A DNA stretch of 64,000 bases from Bacteroidales bacterium (GTDB lineage: Bacteria > Bacteroidota > Bacteroidia > Bacteroidales > WCHB1-69): contig JBGUPL010000021.1 in the NCBI GenBank assembly GCA_045130275.1, forward strand, positions 34,010-98,009. The letters are read 5' to 3'. The notes beneath the pieces are model-generated. The model was not told where the DNA came from and did not search any database. It saw only the letters and a list, made by a program, of their open reading frames with translations. This document shows, in pieces, positions 20,028-31,339 of this stretch. The first letter of the stretch is position 1; every line of letters starts with the position of its first letter. The position numbers and the translations under genes were made by a program.

Positions 20028-20621
20028 ATGATGAAACGTTTCTTCGACATCATAATCTCCCTGATCGTGCTGCTGGTGGGATTCCCGTTCGGTCTCCTGC
20101 TGGCATTGTTGATTGCGGTGGACTCAAGAGGTCCGGTCCTGTACAAACAAAACAGGGTGGGGCGGAATAACACGGATTTCCAACTGCTTAAATTCCGCAC
20201 GATGTGCACGGGCGCGGACCGGGGCAGTTTGATCACGGTTGGGGAAGACGATGCGCGAATCACGCGAATCGGCGCGTTTCTCCGCAAATATAAGATCGAC
20301 GAATTCCCTCAATTCATCAACATCCTGAGAGGGGAAATGAGTGTGGTGGGGCCGCGCCCCGAGGTCCGCAAATACGTCGATCTGTACACGCCAGAGCAGT
20401 TGCGCGTCCTGAGCGTGCGTCCGGGGCTCACCGACTATGCCTCGATCCGCTATGTGAACGAAAACGCATTGCTCGCCGCCTCCGCTGATCCCGAGGAGAC
20501 TTACATTCACGAGATTATGCCCGATAAACTTAGTCTTAATTTGAAATATGTTGACGAACGGTCGCTATGGGTGGACTGCAAGATCGTGATGCAAACAATA
20601 GTCGCCATATTCAAGAGGTGA
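20028..20621 (+). CDS. Bacterial sugar transferase (phosphoglycosyl transferase)
   Basis: KFRTM, DEFPQFINILRGEMSVVGPRP. Confidence 0.9.
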   Translation: MMKRFFDIIISLIVLLVGFPFGLLLALLIAVDSRGPVLYKQNRVGRNNTDFQLLKFRTMCTGADRGSLITVGEDDARITRIGAFLRKYKIDEFPQFINILRGEMSVVGPRPEVRKYVDLYTPEQLRVLSVRPGLTDYASIRYVNENALLAASADPEETYIHEIMPDKLSLNLKYVDERSLWVDCKIVMQTIVAIFKR

Positions 20622-20714
20622 GCCTGTTGTGTGCTCTGCACGCTTTTGCCGATCGGACGCAATATGTAAAAAAGTAATAATAACAACCCCATAAACCATA
20701 AACTATAAAAAGAT

Positions 20715-22304
20715 ATGTACAATCAAGAACACGGACTCTATGTGGCGCACTGCGAGGAAGGCGCGCTCTCCATTCAGGGAAAAATGGCCAACAGGCACGG
20801 TTTGATCGCCGGTGCCACCGGCACAGGCAAAACGGTCAGCCTGCAAGTTTTGGCCGAGACTTTCAGCCAGGTGGGGGTGCCCTGTTTCATGGCCGACATG
20901 AAAGGCGACTTGTCAGGTATCAGCCAGGCGGGCAAGATGAGCGGCTTCATCGAGAAGCGTCTGCCCGAATTCGGTATCGAGAACCCTGAGTTCCAGGCTT
21001 GTCCGGTGCGTTTCTACGACGTGTTCGGCGAAGAGGGGCATCCGATCCGCGCTACGGTTTCCCAAATGGGTCCGCAGCTGCTTTCCCGTCTGCTCGGCCT
21101 CAACGACACCCAGGATGGCGTCCTTAACATCGTGTTCCGCATCGCCGATGAGCGCGGGCTGATGATCATCGACCTCAAGGACCTGCGGGCGATGTTGGAG
21201 TATGTCTCCAAGCACGCCAAAGAATATACGATGAAGTACGGCAACGTCTCCACGGCCTCCATCGGCGCCATCCAACGGGCGTTGCTGCAGTTAGAGGCGC
21301 AAGGTGCGGACAAGTTCCTCGGCGAGCCGAGCTTCGACATCTACGATCTCATCCAGACGGAGAATGGCAAGGGCGTGATGAGTGTCCTGGCTGCTGACAA
21401 GCTGATGATGCAGCCAAAACTTTACAGCACCTTCCTGCTGTGGCTTCTTTCCGAACTGTATTCCACGCTTCCCGAAGTGGGCGACCTTGACAAACCGAAG
21501 CTCGTGTTCTTCTTCGACGAGGCTCATACGCTCTTCGAGGACACATCCAAAGCGTTGGTTGACAAGATAGAGCAGGTGATCCGTCTGATCCGAAGCAAGG
21601 GCGTGGGCATCTATTTCATCACGCAATATCCTACGGACATTCCTGACAATATTTTGGGTCAGTTGGGCAACCGCATCCAACATGCGTTACGCGCCTACAC
21701 GCCTAAGGATCAGAAGGCTGTGCGTGCCGCCGCCGACACGTTCCGCACGAATCCGGCGTTCAAGACAGACGAAGCCATTATGAACTTGGAAACCGGTGAG
21801 GCGTTGGTCAGTTTCCTTGACGAGAAAGGTGCCCCTGGTATCGTTCAGCGCGCCAAGGTGCTTTTCCCGCTGTCGCAGATCGGTGCCATCACTGAGGGAC
21901 AGCGCATCGACATCATCAAGCAAAGCCGTGTTTATGGCAAGTATGACACTCCTGTGGATAACGAGAGTGCTTTCGAAATGCTGATCAAGGAAGCCGAGGA
22001 AGCCTTGGCTGTCCAGGAAGAGGAAAAACGGGCGATCGAGGAGGCCAAACAAGAGGAGAAAGTGGAAAAGAAAACCTCCAAGAAGCAGGGGGTGATTGGC
22101 AAAGTTATCAAGGCCATCATCACCGCCGTCACAGGCACTTTGGCCACGGCTGCTGGCACGGCCATCAGCAACAAGGTGACCGGCAAGAAGTCCAATTCGA
22201 AGACATCCACCAAGGAAAAGGTCATCAAGAACACCACCTCCGCCGCCACAAGAACGATTACGCGGGAGATTTCACGGGATATTTTGGGGAACATCCTTAA
22301 GTGA
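20715..22304 (+). CDS. HerA-like ATPase (DUF853/YjgR family)
   Basis: [30 protein letters not shown]. Confidence 0.88.
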   Translation: MYNQEHGLYVAHCEEGALSIQGKMANRHGLIAGATGTGKTVSLQVLAETFSQVGVPCFMADMKGDLSGISQAGKMSGFIEKRLPEFGIENPEFQACPVRFYDVFGEEGHPIRATVSQMGPQLLSRLLGLNDTQDGVLNIVFRIADERGLMIIDLKDLRAMLEYVSKHAKEYTMKYGNVSTASIGAIQRALLQLEAQGADKFLGEPSFDIYDLIQTENGKGVMSVLAADKLMMQPKLYSTFLLWLLSELYSTLPEVGDLDKPKLVFFFDEAHTLFEDTSKALVDKIEQVIRLIRSKGVGIYFITQYPTDIPDNILGQLGNRIQHALRAYTPKDQKAVRAAADTFRTNPAFKTDEAIMNLETGEALVSFLDEKGAPGIVQRAKVLFPLSQIGAITEGQRIDIIKQSRVYGKYDTPVDNESAFEMLIKEAEEALAVQEEEKRAIEEAKQEEKVEKKTSKKQGVIGKVIKAIITAVTGTLATAAGTAISNKVTGKKSNSKTSTKEKVIKNTTSAATRTITREISRDILGNILK

Positions 22305-22350
22305 TGTAGAATGCTGAATGCTGAATGTAGAATAATACGGTCGAAGGACT

Positions 22351-22517
22351 GTTCCCCCCTTTAGGGGGATGCCCGCAGGGCAGGGGGAATCAAAACATCT
22401 TCCTTGAGAAGCCCAATCCCCTTCTGTTTTAGAAGGTGTGCCCGAAGGGCGGGATAGTATTAGATGTAAGACGCGCGAAGCGCTAATAACCCCATACAAG
22501 CGAAGCGTAGTGTGGGG
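22351..22517. repeat. Cluster of REP-like GC-rich hairpins
   Basis: TCCCCCCTTTAGGGGGA-TGCCCGCAGGGCA; CCTTCTGTTTTAGAAGG-TGCCCGAAGGGCG; CCCCATAC..GCGAAGC..GTGTGGGG. Confidence 0.55.
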
Positions 22518-22543
22518 CCAAATAAAGTCAAAAAAAGGAAAAA

Positions 22544-23575
22544 ATGCAAAAAGTATTAGTCATATACACCGGCGGTACCATCGGTATGATGATGGACCCG
22601 GAAGACAAGGCTCTGAAGCCTTTTGAATTCAAGAATATCCGGCAGCAGCTGCCTATGCTGGACCTCCTGGAGTGCGACATCACCTTCAAGAGTTTGCTGC
22701 CCCTCATCGACTCATCGGACACCAATCCGCAGTTCTGGCTCCGGCTGGTGGACATGATCGAGACCGAATATCAGAATTATGACGGTTTTGTGGTGCTGCA
22801 CGGCACCGACACGATGGCCTACACCTCCTCGGCGCTCAGTTTCCTGTTAGAGAATCTTGACAAGCCCGTCATTATCACCGGTTCGCAGCTGCCTTTGGGT
22901 GTGCTGCGCACAGACGGTCGTCGCAACATCCTCAACGCCATTGGCTTTGCCGCTGACCAAAAAGACGGGAGGCCTATGCTGAACGAGGTGTGTCTCTTCT
23001 TTCAGACGGCACTTTTCCGCGGCAACCGTATCTACAAGGACGATGCCGCCAGTTTCAATGCCTTTCACTCGCCCAATTATCCGCATCTGGCAAATGTGGG
23101 CACCGAGATATCCTATAACGAGCACTGTTTGCTTCCTAAGAGCGTTCCCGGCACCTTCATCGCTCACCACAAGATGGATAACAATGTGGGGCTCATCAAA
23201 CTCTTCCCTGGCATTAACCTCGCTACTATGGAGGCCATGCTGAACACGGAAGGTTTGCACGCTGTTGTGCTGGAGACCTTCGGCGTGGGCAATGCCCCGA
23301 CATCTCCGGATTTCCTCAAGATTCTCAAAGACGCCATCGACCGAGACATCATCCTCGTCAATATATCCCAATGCAAGGGCGGTGGCGGCGTGGAAATGCA
23401 GCGTTACGCCACGGGCAAGCACCTTGCAGACATCGGTGTTACTTCTGGAAGTGACATGACCACCGAGGCGGCCCTTACCAAGCTGATGTACCTCTTCGGC
23501 GAGGGTTATCCTTTGAATACCATACGGAAATTGTTAAAAATGTCCCTTCGCGGGGAATTAACCGAGAACTACTAA
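22544..23575 (+). CDS. ansA: L-asparaginase type I
   Basis: YTGGTIGM, HGTDTMAY, TGSQLP. Confidence 0.92.
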   Translation: MQKVLVIYTGGTIGMMMDPEDKALKPFEFKNIRQQLPMLDLLECDITFKSLLPLIDSSDTNPQFWLRLVDMIETEYQNYDGFVVLHGTDTMAYTSSALSFLLENLDKPVIITGSQLPLGVLRTDGRRNILNAIGFAADQKDGRPMLNEVCLFFQTALFRGNRIYKDDAASFNAFHSPNYPHLANVGTEISYNEHCLLPKSVPGTFIAHHKMDNNVGLIKLFPGINLATMEAMLNTEGLHAVVLETFGVGNAPTSPDFLKILKDAIDRDIILVNISQCKGGGGVEMQRYATGKHLADIGVTSGSDMTTEAALTKLMYLFGEGYPLNTIRKLLKMSLRGELTENY

Positions 23576-24249
23576 TGGAAATTGAGATTTGCTGCGGTTC
23601 AATCCAGTCGGCCGCGAATGCAAAGGCTGGCGGTGCGGTGCGTGTCGAGTTGTGCCAAGGATTAATCGAGGGGGGGACGACGCCGTCCCCAGCCACCATT
23701 GAATATGCCGTGAAAGAGCTGGGACTCAAAGTGTTCGTCCTAGTACGTCCTCGTGGCGGCGACTTCTGCTACAACGAATTGGAAATCAAAACGATGGAAG
23801 AGGATGTGGAATTCTGCAAGAAAGCTGGCGTGGCCGGCATTGTGGTCGGGTTCCTGCATCCCGACGGCAGCATCGACACGGAGCTGACCCGTCGGTTCGT
23901 GAAATTAGCCGCCCCGCTGCCCGTCACTTTCCACCGCGCCTTCGACGAATGCGCAGATCCGCTGAATGCCCTTGAGCAAATCATAGAGTGCGGGTGCGCC
24001 CGAATCCTGACCTCCGGCTGCAAGCCCACCGCTATGGAGGGTGCGGAGATGCTACAACAACTCGTTAAAAAGGCTGATGGACGAATCACGATACTCGCGG
24101 GAAGCGGTGTTACACCCGAAAATGCGGCGGCATTGCGGCAGAAGACCGGTGCGCCGGAGATTCACGGTTCCTGTAAAATCACCCGTCCTGATGGTGCCTG
24201 GGAAACGGATGCGGAACAGGTGAAAAAGCTGTTGGCGGTATTAGGGTAA
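23575..24249 (+). CDS. cutC: CutC family protein
   Basis: RVELC, GGTTPS, RPRGGDF, TFHRAFD, RILTSG. Confidence 0.92.
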   Translation: MEIEICCGSIQSAANAKAGGAVRVELCQGLIEGGTTPSPATIEYAVKELGLKVFVLVRPRGGDFCYNELEIKTMEEDVEFCKKAGVAGIVVGFLHPDGSIDTELTRRFVKLAAPLPVTFHRAFDECADPLNALEQIIECGCARILTSGCKPTAMEGAEMLQQLVKKADGRITILAGSGVTPENAAALRQKTGAPEIHGSCKITRPDGAWETDAEQVKKLLAVLG

Positions 24250-25281
24250 CCGTTTCTTGAGAGTTTCCGACACGTTTTTTGCTATGGTCAGCCGACCGGT
24301 CTGCGTGTAGTGTTCCGTTGGGAAATCGCGGTCGAAGAAGTCGGCGTCACGAACGGCTCTGAGATTGTTCACCACAATCACCCCTTGCGATTCGTAGCGG
24401 TCAGTGACATATTTCACATTCTGTTCCAGAAGATAGAGCAAATCTGGGCCGCACAAACTGTCAATTTGATCTACATTTTCCGCCAGGATATTGAATACGG
24501 GCTGCCACCCGCGTTTCTTGCATAATTTCACGATTTTGTCAAAATCCTTGATTCTGGGATTCTTGTCGTCTAACGTGCAGGCAAAGTGTTTGATGTGGTG
24601 ACAAGCCAGCGCTATGGAATCCATGGAGGGTTTTACCCCATTGTAGAGGGTACAATTGTAACCAACCCCCTGGTCCCATTCATTTGCGTTCCGATATGTG
24701 AACGGGTGGGGGAGGACGAATGTTTGCCTCATAAAGCCTCTCCTGATGAGAGTGGAGCGTTCCTTTTCTGTCCAGTTGGGATATGCCTTGAAAGCCAGCA
24801 ACATCCGTTTATACAGCGCAGGGGCCTTTTTCATCATGATCCGCTCCTTGCGAAGTGCGGGTTCCAGATCCGAATATATCCATTCCGAGGTGAAAGACCG
24901 CATGTTTACGGTCACGATGGCCGTTTTCACATCGTTGCCTCTGGGTATGTTGCGCAAAATGTCGTAGTAAACGCCTGCGTGACAAGCCCCTTTTGACAGT
25001 TTTCCGACATGATGTCCTGGCATCAGATCCTCAATCATTTGGTTGATAAACCGTTTGTCGGTGTCATCCTCACTGTACGAGTGGTTGGAGGATTCTCCAA
25101 GATATACGATGTCCATCCCTTTCTTTGCTTGCTGGGAAATCTCCATCAGTGTGGTGTTCTCATCCATATCTTTCTTATACAGTGTGAAAAAATAGATGAT
25201 ATCCAGCACTGCGAGGACCGCTATTAGCACCAGTAGCTTGACCAAGAGTTTGTTGATTATATGTTTCGTTGTTTCAGCCAT
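24241..25281 (-). CDS. Membrane-anchored SGNH/DltD-like acyltransferase partner
   Basis: N-terminal TM, YLGESS block-I-like motif, C-terminal TEHYTQTG; coupled to MBOAT gene. Confidence 0.5.
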   Translation of the reverse strand: MAETTKHIINKLLVKLLVLIAVLAVLDIIYFFTLYKKDMDENTTLMEISQQAKKGMDIVYLGESSNHSYSEDDTDKRFINQMIEDLMPGHHVGKLSKGACHAGVYYDILRNIPRGNDVKTAIVTVNMRSFTSEWIYSDLEPALRKERIMMKKAPALYKRMLLAFKAYPNWTEKERSTLIRRGFMRQTFVLPHPFTYRNANEWDQGVGYNCTLYNGVKPSMDSIALACHHIKHFACTLDDKNPRIKDFDKIVKLCKKRGWQPVFNILAENVDQIDSLCGPDLLYLLEQNVKYVTDRYESQGVIVVNNLRAVRDADFFDRDFPTEHYTQTGRLTIAKNVSETLKKRLP

Positions 25282-26703
25282 TTAGAATTGGAAATAAATG
25301 AATGGGATTTGTTCCACGGAGGACAGGGCGATGATGGCGAAGAGCAGGAAAGTGTAAATGCCCCAGCGAACAATGGTTTTCTGGTTCCCGCACCATACGT
25401 CGAAGCGGCTTTTGCGGATGAGAATGTCCGCTATTATGAAGAGTATCAGCGCAATCCATGCTATTGGCGAGACTTGCAACTGATTGTCCATGGTGCCGTT
25501 GTGGAACAGCGCGGTAAAGAGGTCGTGCAGGTTCCCGAAAGAGGTCGCCCGGAATACACTCCACAAAAGTGTAACGATTACAAAAGTTTTGGCAACATTG
25601 CAGATGTTGATGATTGTCCGGCCGGTTTTGCCCTCGATTTTGTCGAAAAGATGGATGTTGCGGAGACCGCGTTCCATTATCAGCAATACTCCGTATGCGA
25701 ATCCCCATATCATAAAAGTCCAGTTCGCGCCGTGCCAGATACCGCATACCGTGAAAACTATCAGCGTGTTGAGTGCCCAACGCGGGACAGCGACGCGGTT
25801 GCCGCCGAGGGGAATGTAGAGATAGTCGCGGAACCAGGTGGACAGCGAGATGTGCCACCGGCGCCAGAATTCCTGTATGCTTCCGGACAGATACGGCGTT
25901 TTGAAGTTGTCCATCAGCGAGAATCCCATCGTCAAGGCGCATCCGAGCGCGATGGTCGAGTATCCGAAGAAGTCACCGTAAATCTGGAACGAGTAGAACA
26001 GCATACCCAAAAGGATGTCGCTGCTGCTGTAATCGAATGGACTTTCGTAGATTTTGTCCACGTAGGCCCCGAGGTTGTCGGCTACCACCATCTTGAGGAA
26101 CAGTCCGAACAGGATGAGTCTCAGTCCGTTGGCGATATTATCGTAATTCAGTTCCTTCTGTTCGTGCAGCTGCCGGAGCAGGTTTTGCGGCCGCTCGATG
26201 GGGCCTGTGACCAGTTGCGGGTAGAACATCACGTAGAGGGCGTAGTAGCCGAAATGCCGCTCCGCCTTCTGGTTGCCGCGATAGACCTCGATGACGTAGC
26301 TCAAACTCTGAAAAGTGTGGAAAGAAAGGCCGATGGGCAGGGCGATGTCCAGAATTTTCTGCGGGTGTGACCATCCGAAATGTTGCGCGAGAGCCACGAG
26401 ATTCGCACTGCAGAAATTCAAGTATTTGAAGATGAAGAGCACTAAGCATGTGGATACGATGCTAATCACCAGACAAGTCTTTTTGCGGGGAATGTCATCC
26501 TTCCATTTCTCAATCAGGATGCCGGCGGAGTAGTCTATAAGTATGGTAATCAGTAAGATGAGGATGTATTTCGGAATGAACCACATGTAAAAGAAGCAGC
26601 TGGCGGCCAATAGGAGTAGCCAGCGCCATTTCTGCGGCATCAGATAGAAGAGCAGCGTGACGATCGGGAAAAAAATCAGAAATTCAATCGAGTTGAAGAG
26701 CAT
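25282..26703 (-). CDS. MBOAT O-acyltransferase (AlgI/DltB-like)
   Basis: LPIGLSFHTFQ, FWRRWHISLSTWFRDYLYIPLGG, GIWHGA. Confidence 0.9.
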   Translation of the reverse strand: MLFNSIEFLIFFPIVTLLFYLMPQKWRWLLLLAASCFFYMWFIPKYILILLITILIDYSAGILIEKWKDDIPRKKTCLVISIVSTCLVLFIFKYLNFCSANLVALAQHFGWSHPQKILDIALPIGLSFHTFQSLSYVIEVYRGNQKAERHFGYYALYVMFYPQLVTGPIERPQNLLRQLHEQKELNYDNIANGLRLILFGLFLKMVVADNLGAYVDKIYESPFDYSSSDILLGMLFYSFQIYGDFFGYSTIALGCALTMGFSLMDNFKTPYLSGSIQEFWRRWHISLSTWFRDYLYIPLGGNRVAVPRWALNTLIVFTVCGIWHGANWTFMIWGFAYGVLLIMERGLRNIHLFDKIEGKTGRTIINICNVAKTFVIVTLLWSVFRATSFGNLHDLFTALFHNGTMDNQLQVSPIAWIALILFIIADILIRKSRFDVWCGNQKTIVRWGIYTFLLFAIIALSSVEQIPFIYFQF

Positions 26704-26867
26704 TTCTAAGGGGTTGAATTCGGGCGGCAAAGATACAATTTTAATGGTTATTGGTTATACGTTATTGGTTATTGGTTGTTGAAGACAAGTTTCAAGGTTT
26801 CAGGTTAGAGAGAACGGCAAAAAGTGTATCTTTGCACTTGTATTTTTTGTAATAAATATATTTGGAT

Positions 26868-29510
26868 ATGAATCGTAAAATATTCCGTTTGTTAGCTCTT
26901 AATTTCTTGATTTTAACTGTTTTACCTGTGATGACTTTTGCGCAGAACGACTATTGGGCGGCGGTTCAACAGGATTACATTAACCGAACTGACATCTCGC
27001 AGGAGGTGCGTGACCAGGTCGGCATGTATAATCTGAAATCTGCGGAACAGAGTCGCAATATGTACCGCTATCTCATGTTCCTATACGCCTATATGCCGCA
27101 GAGCGACCTCGCCGACTACGATTTCGGCTTTTTCGAGCAGCAAGTGGCAACGGCCATGGAAGCACGGCGCACTTTCTCTTGGGGCAAGACAATACCTGAC
27201 GACATTTTCCGTCATTTCGTGGTCGTCTATCGCGTGAACAATGAGAATCTGGACACAGCGCGGTCCTATATTTTCCATCAGCTGAAGAACCGCATCAAGA
27301 ATATGAGTATGTACGATGCGGCGTTGGAGGTGAACCATTGGTGTCACGAATATGTTGATTATCAGCCTGCTGATGCAAGAACATCGGCGCCGTTGGCCAC
27401 GCTGAAGACCTCGCACGGGCGTTGCGGCGAGGAGAGCACCCTCACGGTGACGGCCCTCCGTGCCGTGGGCATTCCCGCCCGCCAGTGCTACACCCCGCGC
27501 TGGGCGCACTGCGACGACAACCACGCCTGGGTGGAGGTCTGGGTCGATGGCAAATGGTACTTCCTCGGCGCCTGCGAGCCCGCACCCGCCCTCAATATGG
27601 GCTGGTTTGCCAACGTCTCCACGCGTACGATGATGGTGCACACCAACGTCTTCGGCCGCTACGAAGGTCCGGAAGAGGTTAACAAGCGCACGCCTTACTA
27701 CTCCTGCATCAACCTGCTCTCCAACTACGCTGACACCGCCACGGCCTACGTCACCGTCTATGACAAACGCCATCTGCCCGCCCAAAACGCCTCCGTGTGC
27801 TTCAAACTCTACAATTATGCAGAATATTACACCCTTGCAGAGGTGAAAACCGATGAAAACGGCCGTGCAAAACTCAACACCGGTCTCGGAGACCTGTTGG
27901 TTTGGGCGAAACAGGGCGACGACTATGCCTACGCTCAGCTCGACCTGCGCAAGCAGGACCATTTGGTGCTGATTTTGAGCGACAAAGGCCCGAACCCATG
28001 GATGTCGCCCGCAGGCAATCTGATTCAGCGATTCGATATTGTTCCGCCGGTGGGCAAGCCGTTGAACAACAATGTGAGCGCCACCGCGCAACTGGCTTGC
28101 GAGAAGCGGATGGCCAAGGAGGACAAGATGCGCGAAGCCTACCGCAAGACTTTCCCCACCAAGGCGCAAACGGCAAAATACAAGAACGAATACTTCACCG
28201 CGGATGAGTTTTACGACGTGATTCACCGCAGCGAGGGCAACCACTCGGAAATCATCAAATTCCTGCAAAACCACAGCAAAAAGGTGGATGGACTTTATCT
28301 GAAAGAGTTTGTGAAAGCATTGGCGGACAAAGATTTGCGCGACACGAAAGCGGCGACGTTGGAGAGCCAGCTCGTAAGTTACAAAGCAGGCAACTATCCG
28401 GTGGAGGTTTTCATCAAAGGTATCCTGCCCGCCCGCATCTCCAATGAACTGATCCGCGACTGGCGTCACGACCTGCGTGAGGTGCTTGTTAACAGCCTCC
28501 CCGGTAATTCCAGCCCCTCTGTTAATCAGCTGATTGACTGGACAAAACGCTATATCACCGTAGATCCGCTTTGCAACTACTACAACTGTCCGATCAGCCC
28601 GATGGGGGTCTTCAAGACCCGCCGCGCCGATGCGCACTCCCGCGACATCTTCTTCGTGGCCGCCTGTCGCAGTCTCAACATCCCGTGCTACTTGGACAAC
28701 GCCTCCAACATAATTTACGTATGGAAAAACAATGATTGGCAGGAGGTTACGTTCGAGGAAGAGACGACCACTCCGAATGAGAAGTTGGCCACGCTGACCT
28801 TGCACAACCCGAAAGGTTACACCTACTACATCCATTACACGTTGCAGCGTTTCGAGAACGGCGAGTACGTCTCCTACGACTTCGAAGGAGACCCGCGTGT
28901 GGAGGTCCGCGACATAGTTCTCAACCTTCCTCCGGGCAAATATTGTCTCTCTTCCGGCAACCGCTACAGCGACGGAGAGGTCCTTTCCGAGTTGCGTTTC
29001 TTCACCTTGAAAGAAAAGGATGAATACACTATCACGATTCCCGAATTGGTGCCGCGCAATAATACTTACGGCCATTTGGATATGAATATTAACAAACTGA
29101 ATAACAAATCTTTATCGGATATACTTAAAGAATCAGGTAAAGAAAAGATGATCCTCTGTTTGGTGGCTCCCGGCACCGAACCGACCAACCATATGGCCAA
29201 GGAAATCGCTGCCAAGAAGGCCGATTATGAGGCTTGGGGCGGCAAGGTTTTACTGGTGGCCAACAACGGCAACTGGAAGAAAGAAAAGAACCAGCCCGCC
29301 AATGTGGAGGTGGTTTCCGCGAAGGTCGGTGACCTGACCGAGAGCGTTTTGGCGGCTCTGAAGAATGCTGTTCACGACGGCACCCTGCCGCACACCACTG
29401 GCGAGCGTCCGGTCTGCCTGGTCCTCGACAAAGACGGCAACATCCTCTTCGTTTCCGAAGGTTACCACATCGGATTGGGGGATTTGTTGTTGGAGGGAGT
29501 TAATGGTTAA
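26868..29510 (+). CDS. Transglutaminase-like domain secreted protein
   Basis: GRCGEES, NHAWVEVW, LGACEP. Confidence 0.85.
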   Translation: MNRKIFRLLALNFLILTVLPVMTFAQNDYWAAVQQDYINRTDISQEVRDQVGMYNLKSAEQSRNMYRYLMFLYAYMPQSDLADYDFGFFEQQVATAMEARRTFSWGKTIPDDIFRHFVVVYRVNNENLDTARSYIFHQLKNRIKNMSMYDAALEVNHWCHEYVDYQPADARTSAPLATLKTSHGRCGEESTLTVTALRAVGIPARQCYTPRWAHCDDNHAWVEVWVDGKWYFLGACEPAPALNMGWFANVSTRTMMVHTNVFGRYEGPEEVNKRTPYYSCINLLSNYADTATAYVTVYDKRHLPAQNASVCFKLYNYAEYYTLAEVKTDENGRAKLNTGLGDLLVWAKQGDDYAYAQLDLRKQDHLVLILSDKGPNPWMSPAGNLIQRFDIVPPVGKPLNNNVSATAQLACEKRMAKEDKMREAYRKTFPTKAQTAKYKNEYFTADEFYDVIHRSEGNHSEIIKFLQNHSKKVDGLYLKEFVKALADKDLRDTKAATLESQLVSYKAGNYPVEVFIKGILPARISNELIRDWRHDLREVLVNSLPGNSSPSVNQLIDWTKRYITVDPLCNYYNCPISPMGVFKTRRADAHSRDIFFVAACRSLNIPCYLDNASNIIYVWKNNDWQEVTFEEETTTPNEKLATLTLHNPKGYTYYIHYTLQRFENGEYVSYDFEGDPRVEVRDIVLNLPPGKYCLSSGNRYSDGEVLSELRFFTLKEKDEYTITIPELVPRNNTYGHLDMNINKLNNKSLSDILKESGKEKMILCLVAPGTEPTNHMAKEIAAKKADYEAWGGKVLLVANNGNWKKEKNQPANVEVVSAKVGDLTESVLAALKNAVHDGTLPHTTGERPVCLVLDKDGNILFVSEGYHIGLGDLLLEGVNG

Positions 29511-29602
29511 AGGTTAAAGGTTAATGGTTAATGGTTAGTGGTTAATGGTTAATGGTTAGTGGTTAATGGTTAGTGGTTAATGGTTAATGGTTAATGGTTA
29601 GT
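29499..29602. repeat. (GGTTAAT/GGTTAGT)n array
   Basis: Direct reading. Confidence 0.9.
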
Positions 29603-29663
29603 GGGGTGGGACATTTAATTGCAGGTTACAAGTCAAAGATTATTTAATCAAATAAAGTCAACA

Positions 29664-31319
29664 ATGAAAAGAAACGGAGAACCGACAAGACATTTTTTCA
29701 CGTATTATAACCGGACGATTCCGGAGAACTGGAATGCGCCGGCGCTGACGGATTATAACGGCACGACAAGCTATACTTATGGTGAGATGGCGGCGCGGAT
29801 GTTCAAACTTCAGATCCTGCTGGAGCAGGCTGGGGTGGGGCGTGGCGACAAGGTGGTGATTTGCAGCCGCAACTGCGCCAACTGGGCGGTTGCGTTGCTG
29901 GCCATTGCCGCCAACCAGGGCGTCATTGTTTCCATCATGGATGCTTTTGCCCCGAACGACATCATTGGGCTCACCAACCACTCCGACGCCAAGGCCATGT
30001 TTGTCAGCCAGAATGTTTGGAAAAACATTGATGTTCAACAGGTTGGTAATGTCAATCTGATTCTTGACACGGATGATTTCCAATTGTTGTTTGCCCGTAC
30101 CGAGCAGCAGGAGAATGCCTACGCGCAATATGGCCGTCTCTATCGCGAGCGTTATCCGCGGGGGTTGCAGCGTGAGGACATCAACCTGCCGACCGACAAT
30201 CTGGACGATCTGATGATCATCAACTACACTTCCGGCACCACGGGTGCGCCGCGCGGGGCGATGCTGAGTTACCGCAACATCTCCGCCAACGTGCAATACA
30301 GTCAGGAGGAGATTCCCAACCACGCCGGCTGGACGGAGGTCTGCATGTTGCCGCTGGCCCACATGTTCGGTATGACCATCGAGTTCCTCTATCAGGTGGC
30401 GGGCGGCTGCCATGTCTATTTCCTCGGTAAGACGCCCACGCCGGCCACGCTGTTGAAATGCTACGCCGAGACAAAACCGTACATGATCCTGACGGTGCCC
30501 TTGGTGATTGAAAAGATCTTCCATTCGAAGATATTCCCCGCGTTGAGGAAACCGGCTGTCAAGGCTTTGTGGAAAACGCCGGTGCTGTGCAAAATCGTGG
30601 AGAAAAAGATTTACAGCCAGCTGATGAACGCTTTCGGTGGCAAACTGATTTGGCTGATCACAGGTGGTGCCGCGCTGAATTCCAGCGTCGAGAAGGTGCT
30701 GCGTCGCATCAAGTTCCCGCTGGTGGTGGGCTATGGCATGACCGAGGCCGGTCCGCTGGTATGCTACGAGCACTGGTACAAACAACCAGTGGGTTCTTGC
30801 GGCAAAGTGGTGACCCGCAACGAAGTGGTTGTCAACTCACCCGACCCGCAGCACGAGGTCGGCGAGATTTTGTTCCGCGGCGAACACGTGATGATGGGCT
30901 ACTACAAGAACGAAGAGGCCACCCAGGCCGCCATCGACAATGATGGCTGGCTGCACACCGGCGACCTCGGACTCATGGACAAGCAGGGCAACCTCTACAT
31001 CAAAGGACGCAGCAAGGCGATGATCTTAACCTCTGGTGGGCAGAACATCTACCCCGAAGAGTTGGAATCAAAGCTCAGCACGCTGCCCGGCGTGGGCGAA
31101 ACCGTTGTCGTGGGCCGCAAGGGCAAGCTCGTCGCGCTCGTCTATCCCGACCCGGCTTTCGACTGGAGCAAGATTTCCGTGGAGGAGCAGATGCAGCAGA
31201 ACTTGGAGACCATCAACACGATGGTGGCCAAATATGAGCACATCGCCGCCATCGAGACCGTGGAGCAGGAGTTCGCGAAGACCCCGAAACGGTCAATACG
31301 TCGGTTCTTGTACAAATAA
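29664..31319 (+). CDS. Long-chain fatty acid--CoA ligase
   Basis: YTSGTTG, GYGMTE, WLHTGDLG, GQNIYPEE. Confidence 0.9.
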   Translation: MKRNGEPTRHFFTYYNRTIPENWNAPALTDYNGTTSYTYGEMAARMFKLQILLEQAGVGRGDKVVICSRNCANWAVALLAIAANQGVIVSIMDAFAPNDIIGLTNHSDAKAMFVSQNVWKNIDVQQVGNVNLILDTDDFQLLFARTEQQENAYAQYGRLYRERYPRGLQREDINLPTDNLDDLMIINYTSGTTGAPRGAMLSYRNISANVQYSQEEIPNHAGWTEVCMLPLAHMFGMTIEFLYQVAGGCHVYFLGKTPTPATLLKCYAETKPYMILTVPLVIEKIFHSKIFPALRKPAVKALWKTPVLCKIVEKKIYSQLMNAFGGKLIWLITGGAALNSSVEKVLRRIKFPLVVGYGMTEAGPLVCYEHWYKQPVGSCGKVVTRNEVVVNSPDPQHEVGEILFRGEHVMMGYYKNEEATQAAIDNDGWLHTGDLGLMDKQGNLYIKGRSKAMILTSGGQNIYPEELESKLSTLPGVGETVVVGRKGKLVALVYPDPAFDWSKISVEEQMQQNLETINTMVAKYEHIAAIETVEQEFAKTPKRSIRRFLYK

Positions 31320-31339
31320 TGTAGAATGAAAAATCTAGA

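Noticed and set aside
20715-22304. HerA-like ATPase as part of a defence system
   Set aside because: DUF853/YjgR type with backbone GC content and no Sir2, NurA or nuclease partner adjacent.
5794-29075. Long antisense ORFs (e.g. 5794-7131, 18573-20015, 27081-29075)
   Set aside because: Shadows of well-supported genes caused by GC-rich codon bias; no recognisable motifs.
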